A DNA stretch of 44,843 nt from Catajapyx aquilonaris. Lineage: Eukaryota. The stretch is from positions 1 to 44,843 of the forward strand of contig KZ538845.1 in NCBI GenBank assembly GCA_000934665.2, in the 5' to 3' direction. Within the stretch, counting starts at the first letter, position 1, and the number at the start of each line of letters is the position of its first letter. The notes beneath the pieces are model-generated. The model saw only the letters and a list, made by a program, of their open reading frames with translations, did no database searches and had not been told where the DNA came from. A program made the translations under genes and the position numbers. Below are positions 35,741-44,843 of the stretch, piece by piece.

Positions 35741-38222
35741 GTGAGACATACACAACTTTGCTGCACCGTCCAATATGTTAAGCAGTGATGCAGCTGTACC
35801 GCCAGAGCATGTAACCCACTAGGTTACTTGCATATTGCTGCGGCATTCGTTCTGCCCAGGTGTAACAAGTGTGCTAACTTACCTTATTGGTAGTCATGAC
35901 CATATCGTAACTCGTGGCATGAGCAGATTGTCCCATTTTTAGTGAACTGTAAGAAATTTATAGTATTAACTGTATACTGCATATTGCTATCCTATGCCAT
36001 TAGTGTTTTTTTGGAAATACTATTGTACATAAGTAGGTTAAGGGAATACTGACAGGGGAGGGTGTGAGGAAGAGGGGCAAGGAGAAGGGCCCCCGCAAGA
36101 ACAGTTCGTAGCTGTGATTCCATGTCACAGGTGAAAGAGATGTGGCTCTAATAGAAACAAGCCTTCAGGTTACTACTTATGTTAATACACACTGAAATAA
36201 TTACTATTTTAACTTGCCCTTATCTATCCGCCAAACATCAATGGATATACAAAACACCAGTTGCAGTGAAATCTATATAGGGGGATCACTGTCTTGCTAC
36301 AGTTTCCTTGCCAGATATTTGCTTTAAGGTTTAAATTTAAATGACAAGGCACTGAAAATGGCAGCAGAATGCAAGATAATTGCAACTGGCAAATAACCCA
36401 ACAGACTTTTTGGGAATTGGTTCATATAATTATACATGAGCATATAATTATTCAAGGTGTAAATACCAGAAAGTCATGTGTGGGATAATTAGTATCATCG
36501 TACAACTGGTAATCAATCTACATATTATACATTACAGTACACGAAAAAATAGGTTTTGATGATTGAAGTCATTTTAAACCTATTTTTTAAATAATCTTGC
36601 AGCACATTACTCGGTGGAAGCTGATTCTAGAGAATAAAATGGTGGCACAAGCAGTTAGTGATGTCCAGAATTTACGATAAGTTTTTTTTTATTTTTTTTT
36701 ATTTTTTGTACAGGTTGGCATAGCTATGACAGAAAATGAAATACTGAATTTTATGCGACATATTTTATCACATTATTTTCTAGGTAAAATCTTTGGAAAG
36801 TATCAAGTAATGCGTGTGCAGATTTTTCATAAAATATGTTGAGTCTTTGGGGGGGGGGGGGGGNGGGGGAACGAAAAAAGTTTTTTTCCTGGCCTTTACA
36901 ACACTAGCTTAGTACAATAGTATGACTATAAGAGTAAATAGGATTACTCGCCAAGATGGCCAGTTATCAAACGACTTGGATGATGTATCTGAGGAAGACC
37001 CATACCATAACATCTCATTACAGTGGCAAAAATACATAAGAATTAGTGCTGTTATCTTCATGTCTAAAGAACATACGTAAATACCATAGTACACTTGCAA
37101 TGGTCATTTACCATCACCGGTTCACTCAACATTTTTGAGGTGTCCCAAATTTGGGGCTTGGAAATCTGGTCACCTTTGTGTAGAAGGGAGTTTTGCAGGG
37201 CATGCGTCTGCAAATACACATTAACTCATTAGCGGTTTTTGGGAGATGAAGCAGAAAAGTATTAGAAACAATCAAGTCACAACCATTTGCAATCCAATAC
37301 ATAACATCTGAGAGACCATGGATACATATTTGGAGTGAAATTATGGCTGAAAAAAAGGAAGATGGTGGCCACAAAGCTGGTAAACCATGAGTTGGTGAAG
37401 AAAGATGAGATTGTGGCCTTTGCATCCCCTGCAAGTAAGGTTTCATTATGCAAAAAAAAAAAGACACCTTAAAGCAAGACACTCACTAAACAAGAGCTTT
37501 GCGGAACTCACCCCCACCAATACACCCACCAGAGTAATTCATTGTTCACCCTTCATACCATCCTGCCCATTCTTTGCCTCACTTGCAGTTAACAAAGTAG
37601 CCTATGTGAATAATGGAGTGTTAATTCTGTGACACAGAGGGTTTTTCTTACAGAGGGACCAAATAATGATGTCTGTTTCTACGTTAGGCAGGTTTCACCA
37701 TATCTAACAAAGATACACGCTGCCAGGACTGCAGACGTGATCCAGAGTGCGATATAGGCAGTATAAGAAACTACAGTTACCTGACCCCCAAAAACTAATG
37801 GATGCACATAAACATAATTAAGCTAATTCATATACTGTCCAAGCATGGTTCTTGGGACTAAATGTGTGATATGCCAATTTATTTAGACAGTCAGTACCAG
37901 AACAATAAGGGCACAAAATACTGCCAAGTAGCTGGATCATTCCATCTGACAAGTGAGTGAGCAAACACAAGTTGCTCAGCTTCTGGAATGGCATCTTTCT
38001 GATAGCATGTGCCTCGGACATAATTATATCTGTCTCACAACAAACCTCTACATAACTTGGATGTAAAAATCATATAATTGGCATGAAGTGCAGATTGTAA
38101 ATATGTTTCTAGTTAATTCTCCTGGTACTGCCATAAGGAAATCAAGCATGCGTGAAAATTGGAAATGATTTTTGGCAAGGACAGGCCACATTGAAGACCT
38201 GAGGTGTTTGCTTTTATTCCAG

Positions 38223-38258
38223 GTGCAGTGCAGGATACGTGACCTCGCTCTTCCTTGA
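38223..38258 (+). CDS. Candidate terminal exon for the 35576 gene (VQCRIRDLALP*)
   Basis: Acceptor TTTGCTTTTATTCCAG|GT, phase 0; AATAAA at 38334-38339. Other acceptors are possible. Confidence 0.25.
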   Translation: MQCRIRDLALP

Positions 38259-38636
38259 CCTTCAACCGTATTGCATTTTCAACCCTTGCTTGGCTTTTGG
38301 GATCTAGAGAAACAGCACGGGATGTGGGAAAATAATAAAAGCTGCTTTTTTGAAATTATAATTTCAGGCTACCAGCTACCTGCTTAAATATTTTCAAAAG
38401 TTTACTTCAAGAACAACTTCAAATTTGTTTAACTTTTCAATTAATTCAAGTTAATTATTATCATTACATTGTTGGGGTAGACCTTTCAGTACTACTGTAA
38501 AGAAATCACATGCTTGAAAGGGGGAAATGATTTTTGTGTGTGTGAGGACAAGAACAATCCAAGCAATGAACTAAGGAGTGTGATTTTTAGCCCATGGGTA
38601 GTCAGCAATGTAGGAGACACAAGCCAGTTGATTAAA

Positions 38637-39518
38637 TACATGCTGTTTCTTACTTGTAGGCAGGCAGGGTATTCTTTGGCCCAAACCAAGTCCAAAATGT
38701 AGGGGGGAGAACTGTCGAAGGGTGAACTGGTAACAAGGTAGATGACCAGAAACATTTTGTCTACCCCTGGGCATATGCGGCGACATACAAAGTGCCTCTT
38801 TAGGCTCATTCACACGAGCGACCCTTGGCCAGGAATTCCTGGCCAATACGGAAACGTGGCCAGCGGCTGGCCAGGAATCGAAAGTAACAGTTCACACGAG
38901 CGACGTTGTTGGGGGACAAGTGAGCATCGCGAGGCGCTTGGGAGTGCCGCTACTGCGCATGCATTACTCCTGGCAACCTTCGCTGGCCATGGCTAGCCAT
39001 CTTCCGGAGCATGGCCAGCTCGGCCACCTTTTCCTGGCTCAGGTGGCGACCTCCCCTTCCTGGCCGAACCTGGCCACTAGCGTGTGAACGGGCTTGGCGA
39101 CCTTTGGCCAGGAAACTTCCTGGCCGAGGTCGCTCGTGTGAATGCGCCTTTTGTAGGGAGAGCTCCTGGCAGATGGACTCTTGCGCCTTACAGTGGTTGC
39201 CTGGGAAGCAGGATATGAACATGATAATCACTTCTGCAAAAGGTGACCTCGCAAAATTCCATTGTCATGATTATCAAGCTCATATCCTGCTCCCTAGGCA
39301 ACCACTGTAAGGTGCGAGAGTCCATCTGCTAGGCAATCTCCCTACAAAGAGGTTTCCTGTGTGTTGCTGCATGTGCCTAGGGGTAGGCCAATGTTTCTGT
39401 TTGTCTGCCTCGTTACCGGTTGGTCCCTTGACATTTCCCCTCCCCTACATTTTATACTTGGTTCATGCCAAGGAATAGAAAGACTTCCTGTTGACCTACT
39501 AGTAAGAAACATCGTGTA
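38637..39518. mobile_element. Long-arm palindromic Tc1/mariner-type MITE, copy 1
   Basis: Inverted arms containing AAAATGTAGGGGG, CCAGAAACATT, CAGATGGA and GCAGGATATGA; same family as the copies at 40258, 43085 and 44088. Confidence 0.75.
38802..39149. mobile_element. PIF/Harbinger-like MITE nested in copy 1
   Basis: 22-bp TIR AGGCTCATTCACACGAGCGACC (1 mismatch); 3-bp TSD TTT (empty site GCCTCTTTGTAGGGAG seen at about 43238); many internal TGGCCA motifs. Confidence 0.8.
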
Positions 39519-40257
39519 CCATGGTTACAAAAACCAGACAAATCCTAAATCATGAGATATTTGCATACACTTTGGCTAAAATTTATATCAGGATGGCACT
39601 CGATATGACATATACCTGGAATGTCCTTATTTAAAACATGAACAACATGTCACTATGAGAAGGCTGTCAATGTGTGATGGTGTACATAATTACAGGAAGT
39701 ACTACGCCGTTTAACATTAACGCCGGTTTTAAAATTACATTTGTAATTTTTTAATAGTATTTTTTTTGACAAATTTGAAGATATCAACACAATCTAAAGC
39801 AGGTCTATTCAACTGGCGGACTGCGGTCCGGATCCGGACCGCGACAATATACAGGACAGTTTGAAATAGCATTATAAATATTACTAATTCCTGATTTTCT
39901 TGGAAAATGTGCTACCAATTTCATCAAATACACACCCATTCAAATCTCCCACATCTCACCTAAGCTCGTGTGATCTTGAACCCTCCAAAAATTTCGCCTG
40001 CGGCGGGCTCGTTCCCCGCCCACTACAGCTTGTTCACCTTGTGCTTAGGAAATGAGCCCCCCTCCAAAATTCTTCTGCCTACGTGCCTGTCCAGGACATC
40101 ATAACGGGCGAAAATGTCTTCATATGCCGTCTTGATAGGCCCTTCTATCCTTGCTGCACATGTTTATATTTTCGAATATGAATTTCGGAGTTCCAACAAC
40201 AACTTTAAAGGCTCCTCTTTTGTTTTTCCTGGTGCCTGGTGGCAGGTTCTGTCAATA

Positions 40258-41005
40258 CAGGGTGTTTGTTACTAGTCGAGCCAACCGCCATCGCGTATTC
40301 CTTGGGCCAAAACAAGTTGAAAATGTAGGGGGGAGAAATGTAGAGGGACCAACCGTTAACGAGGTAGACGGCCAGAAACCTTGCCCGGTGGTTGCCGAAG
40401 TTGCAGGATATGAGCTGTGATGTGGGGAGGTGTGGTGGCCGAGATGGTAATGTCTCGGCTTGCTGAGTGAAAGGTCCCAGGTTCGATCCCCGCCTGGGAG
40501 TTCCCTTTCGCCTGCATTGGGAGGGTCTCTGACCTGCACCTTGGAGGTGTCTGGCAACCTAACCTCCTGGGGGACTGCACATGGCCCAATTTGAGACAAT
40601 GCACTTGCACTGTGTCCCCTCCCCAAGAATCCCTATCCTTACCCTATGTCCTTGATTCCTTGCACCGGAGACTGAAGAAAAACTATACTCTAGAGTCTAG
40701 ACAACTGATGGTGGTGTGACACCCCCCTATAAGGGCTCAGCCCTATCACGGGGTTTAAGAAAAAAAAGCAGAATAAGATATGAGCAGTGATAATAATCAT
40801 TTCTGTGAAAGAGGTGAACTTGCAAATCCCAACAGTCACGATTTTCATGGTCATATCCTGCTCCTTTGGCAACCATTGACCAATGTTTCTGGTCAGGGTC
40901 ATATTAAAGGTTGCTCCCTCAACATTTCTCCCCCTACATTTTCGACTTCTTTTGGCTCAAGGAATATGCTGACGGCTGTTGGCTGGACTAGTCACAAACA
41001 CCCTG
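40258..41005. mobile_element. Long-arm palindromic MITE, copy 2
   Basis: TA|CAGGGTGTTTGT...ACAAACACCCTG|TA; inverted arms of about 155 bp. Confidence 0.85.
40422..40776 (+). mobile_element. tRNA-derived SINE
   Basis: Box A TGGCCGAGATGG, box B GGTTCGATCCC, A-rich tail; 15-bp TSD GATATGAGC(T/A)GTGAT at 40407-40421 and 40777-40791. Confidence 0.85.
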
Positions 41006-41520
41006 TATATACAGTATTGTATTGTGATTGGTGAAATTACTGTGGCATTAATTTCAATTTTTCTGGGAGAGTGTATACTAGGGTTTTGATTGTAAGAGTT
41101 AGGGTCAGAGGATACTGAATATCCAAAGTGGGTTTGTGTCAGGTAAAAGTTGTATAGATAAGATTTTTTGCCTGACACAAGTAAGAGAGAAGTATTTAGC
41201 TCTGAACAGGATGTTTTTGTAGAATTAGAGGACGCATATGATACAGTGAGTAGAGAAGGTTTGTCGGGGGGGGGGGGGGGGGGGGNTTCTGAGCCTCTAG
41301 TCCAGCGTTTCTCAACCGGGGTTCTGCGAGCAATCGCCTGGGGTTCCGCGAGAAGTAGTGACGAATAGGCTAATCACATTATATAAAGGTATTTTTGAGT
41401 CATAAATTGATATTTTTGAACAGGGGTTGGACACAATAATAGGGATACTTGCGAAAAGCGATTGAAAGTTCGCATCGGTTTTATTCGAAAACTGGGAATG
41501 TTACAAAGGTAACTTTCATG

Positions 41521-41778
41521 TTTGTTTGCTTGTTTTGTGTTTTTTATACCCCATTGGGAGAATCGGCGCTCCATTAGGGGGTTGGAATACCACCATTGGA
41601 TGTGACTGAGGATAGGGAAGGAAGGAAGCAGCTGTGGCCTATTATACGGAAGCGACCCCAGAATTATCCTGGGGGGACCGTGGAAAACCATGGTCATTGT
41701 CGCCGACCCCGAGATTCGAACCCAGGACCTCCCGATTAGCAGTTGAGCTCCTTAACCCCTACACCAACCTGCTTCGGT
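41521..41778 (-). mobile_element. tRNA-derived SINE (second family)
   Basis: Minus-strand box A TGGTGTAGGGG, box B GGTTCGAATC, (CAAA)n-like tail; perfect 13-bp TSD GGTAACTTTCATG at 41508-41520 and 41779-41791. Confidence 0.85.
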
Positions 41779-42084
41779 GGTAACTTTCATGGAGTTTTGA
41801 AGCTATGTCGATGTACATTTGTCGAGGTCTGCAGATGGCGCAAAAATCACAAGATCACAAGGGGGGGAACGAAAGTCGAACGACATCTCCTCAGCCACAG
41901 TTTTCGACCAGAGTGTCCTACCCTATTCTTTTGAACACTAAAAGAGTTACAGATATGAACATTACTGTGTTTTAAGCTTTATCAATGTCCCTTTGTGTGG
42001 TATACAGATGGGCCAAAAAGCTATGAAGAGGGTGGGGGAAAAAAGAGAAATGACACACCCTCCCGTCCAGCACTAGATCTGATT

Positions 42085-42177
42085 CAGCTACAGACTGTTA
42101 AAAACTTGAATGCATCCATTCCAAGAAGGATTGGGGCTGTATTGAAGGCAAAGGTGGTCAAACACCATAGTAATTAA
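42085..42177 (+). pseudogene. Tc1 transposase C-terminal remnant
   Basis: TVKNLNASIPRRIGAVLKAK resembles the Tc1 C-terminal L..SMPRRI.AVI.AKG motif. Confidence 0.7.
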
Positions 42178-43370
42178 AAATTGTAGTGTACACTAACTGT
42201 AACAGGGGTTTCCATTATCCAACCTACGCCGCACATTTACATCAATAGAACTTCAATACCCAGTAAAGGAAATTACCGTAACTGCTATTATTTTCAAAGG
42301 AAAAAGGTGGGACACAATGGTCGAAAATGGCAGCTGGGGGTGTTGTTCGCATTTTGTTTCTCCCCCCCTCCTTTCATGACTTTTGTAAAAATCTGCAAAC
42401 TTCGACAAAATAATATGCACTACATCAAAAGAGCTTCAAAAGTCAGTAAAAGTCATCTTTGTAACTTTTCCAGTTCTGGTTTTAGAATAAAGCAGACACG
42501 AACTTTCGACCTCCTTTAGCAGGTGTCCCTATTATTTCGTCCAACCTCTGTTAGGCTCAAATGATGAAAACGCTCATTGAGAGAGAGAAAACATCAATTT
42601 CGCGAAATTGTTGTTTTCAAACCATCCATTTAGCGCCATGGTCGTTTATTTCCCTCAGTGATAATTTCCGGTGTTTGAGCCTAACATTTAATAAATTAAT
42701 TTTTATGTAGGGGTACCCTGAGACATGAATATAATTTCAAGGGTTCAGCACGAGTAAGAAGGTTGAGAAATGCTGCTCTAGTGAAGGGGTTTTTGTTGAG
42801 GGCTGTGAAGTCGTCATAATCTGTACGAAACAGTACTAAACAGCAAGGATAGCGGACATCTCTTGCATCATAATACATCGGTGCAAACTGGTAGTCATGC
42901 ATGCAAAAGTATCTGCCTGACATGTTCTTGCAGAGTAAGTTATAAAATATGAAACATGGTGTTTACATGATTTGCAGATTAGTATACAAAATATGTACTG
43001 ATAAGTTGCAAATGACTATACAATCATTATCTTCAGTATATGCTATATGCTGCATTTATGAACTAGATGTGCATATCTGGGGATGTACAAGGTGTTTCAA
43101 TCTTTCTTACTAGTATGGCCAACGGCAGTCACCGTATTCCTTGTCGAAAATGTAGGGGGAGAAATGTCTAGAGACTAATCGTTAATGAGAGACAACCAGA
43201 AACATTGGCCTACCCCTGGACATCCAACACACACGATGCCTCTTTGTAGGGAGATTGCCTGGCAGATGGATACGCGTGCCTTACGGGTTGCCTAGGGAGC
43301 AGGATGAGCCTGATAATTGCTTCTGTGAAAGAGGTGATCTCACAAAATCCCAATAGTCTGGATTATCATA

Positions 43371-43627
43371 TCGCGGGCTGAGAATCATCTTCGGTTAGCT
43401 CCATTCTTCAACGAAATCGAGCCAACAACGGATTGACATTGGATGCTATGTTTGTTCATATCCACCCAACGTAGGTTGTAATAACGGCATCATAAACCTT
43501 CTGAGAGTTGGAAACAGTTTCGTTCAAGTCCACAAGTGACCACAATTATTCAGCTCTGAATATGTAAATGACTCTCCTGAAAAAAATTAAAAAGTGGAGT
43601 TAACCGAAGATGATTCTCCTCCCGCGA
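43371..43627. mobile_element. TA-flanked MITE nested in copy 3
   Basis: TIR of about 33 bp: TCGCGGGCTGAGAATCATCTTCGGTTAGCTCCA / TGGAGTTAACCGAAGATGATTCTCCTCCCGCGA; TA on both sides. Confidence 0.8.
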
Positions 43628-43827
43628 TATCCTGCTTCCTAAGCAACCACTGCAAGGCACGCGTGTCCATCTGCCAAGCAATCTTCCTACAAAGTGGTGT
43701 CGTGTGTTGGTGCATGTGTCTAGGGGTAGGCCACTGTTTCTGGTTGTCTACCTCATTAACAGTTGGTCCCTCCGCATTTCTCCCCACTACATTTTGACTT
43801 GTTTTGGCTCAAGGTATATGCCGATTA

Positions 43828-44025
43828 CAGGGGTCGAATTTTAAAATTTTTGTCCAGATGCGAAGTTTGCACTCCAGACTTTAATCTGGAATGTAAATAG
43901 CTTACTTGGAGTGCTTAATTTTTAATTTCTGGGTATAGCCATGTTTAAAAGCAGAGCCAATTGGAGTGCAGATGACAATTTTGGAGTGTCAATGGCAGCT
44001 TTGCATCCGAATATTTCTACCCCTG
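43828..44025. mobile_element. hAT-like insertion in right arm of copy 3
   Basis: CAGGGGTCGAA...TTCTACCCCTG ends; host arm resumes afterwards; TSD not clean. Confidence 0.5.
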
Positions 44026-44087
44026 CTATTAATGTTGGCCATACCAGTAAAAAACACTGTATTTACAATATATTGTGCTATATTTGT

Positions 44088-44431
44088 ATAGGGTGTTTCT
44101 TACTAGTAGGTCAACCCAAAGTCAGCATATTGCTTGGTCCAAAACAAGTCGAATATTTAGGGTGTAGAAATGAAGGGCCGCCCCGAATAATGTAAGTGAC
44201 ATTGGTGAGAATAATCACTCACAACATTATTCGGGGCGACCCTTCAAATCTCGAGGGACCAACCGTTAACAAGATAGATGGCCAGAAACCCTGGCCAGTG
44301 TTTGCCTAAGGAGCAGGATATGAGTTGAATATTGTGACTGTTGCAATTTGCCAGATCACCTCTTTTGCAGAAGTGATTATCATCACTGCTCGCATCTTGC
44401 GCCTTAGGCAACCTCTGACCAATGTTTCTGG
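44088..44431. mobile_element. Long-arm palindromic MITE, copy 4 (right arm truncated)
   Basis: TAGGGTGTTTCTTACTAGT start and the same internal motifs. Confidence 0.7.
44172..44245. mobile_element. 74-bp mini-MITE with 4-bp TSD, nested in copy 4
   Basis: 22-bp TIR GAAGGGCCGCCCCGAATAATGT (1 mismatch); AAAT duplicated on both sides. Confidence 0.8.
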
Positions 44432-44769
44432 TATTGTCATTACTAAGATACAATAACAATGATGCCATTTGTCACAAGTTTGTAAAAATAAGGGTATATT
44501 CTGATTTTTAGGTATACAGGGTGGTCGGTAAATGGCGGACAAGCTTCAGGTAGCGAGATTGCTTGGGAAAAATCAGTATATGGAAGTGAAGGTCATATTG
44601 CTCTACGTGGCCTGGTTAGGGCTCACGAGGTCCCCAAAGTTTGGGCCAAATCATGACGTCATATCCGCCCGCGAAATTCAAACGCTACCGTATCGCTACC
44701 GTACGCGGCGTGTTGCTAGGCGTTGCCATGTTGACATCCCCCACATGTTCACCAAACAATGGAACCGTA

Positions 44770-44843
44770 TAAACTCACCGGGACGTTGCCAGGCATTGCC
44801 ATACCGTCGTCGCCGAGTTCCTGGCAACGTCCCGGTGAGTTTA
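44770..44843. repeat. Perfect 24-bp inverted repeat running to window edge
   Basis: TAAACTCACCGGGACGTTGCCAGG / CCTGGCAACGTCCCGGTGAGTTTA. Confidence 0.85.

Larger units (their letters stand above)
41421..42550. mobile_element. Tc1-like element with long TIRs nested in the hAT element
   Basis: CAGGGGTTGGACACAATAATAGGGA... is inverted to ...TCCCTATTATTTCGTCCAACCTCTG; arms exceed 100 bp. Confidence 0.7.
41303..42775. mobile_element. hAT (Charlie-like) non-autonomous element
   Basis: TIR CAGCGTTTCTCAACC / GGTTGAGAAATGCTG; 8-bp TSD CTCTAGTC / CTCTAGTG. Confidence 0.8.
43085..44060. mobile_element. Long-arm palindromic MITE, copy 3, with two insertions
   Basis: Same arms as copies 1 and 2; interrupted at 43371-43627 and 43828-44025. 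Confidence 0.7.

Noticed and set aside
38742..39555. Cluster of GC-rich ORFs
   Set aside because: All lie within nested MITEs defined by TIRs and TSDs.
40424..40500. tRNA gene (also 41700-41778 on minus)
   Set aside because: A and B boxes are present but there is no proper cloverleaf. Each is followed by a body, a tail and TSDs, so these are SINE heads.

Overview
This is metazoan (probably arthropod) genomic DNA with spliceosomal introns, so most of the ORF track is spurious. It has three gene units. (1) The first coding exon (1424-1597, minus) and promoter of a Pez/PTPN14/PTPN21-family FERM-domain tyrosine phosphatase, which runs off the left edge. (2) A complete TWIK-like (KCNK1/KCNK6-like) two-pore-domain K+ channel on the minus strand. 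It has three shared exons (14890-15030, 14434-14832, 13559-13866) and two homologous alternative first exons (19087-19369 and 31200-31461). Each first exon encodes its own N-terminus, TM1 and cap helix with the dimerisation Cys, and both splice in phase 1 to the same acceptor, giving predicted 376- and 369-aa isoforms. (3) A probable first coding exon of an unidentified plus-strand gene (35576-35740) with a perfect RFX X-box upstream. The rest is intronic or intergenic DNA rich in MITEs, decayed Tc1/mariner transposases, tRNA-derived SINEs and microsatellites, including a heavily nested transposon cluster at 38.6-44.4 kb. The most notable item is the duplicated TM1/cap first-exon architecture of the K2P gene. 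Family assignments come from recalled sequence similarity; no searches were run.
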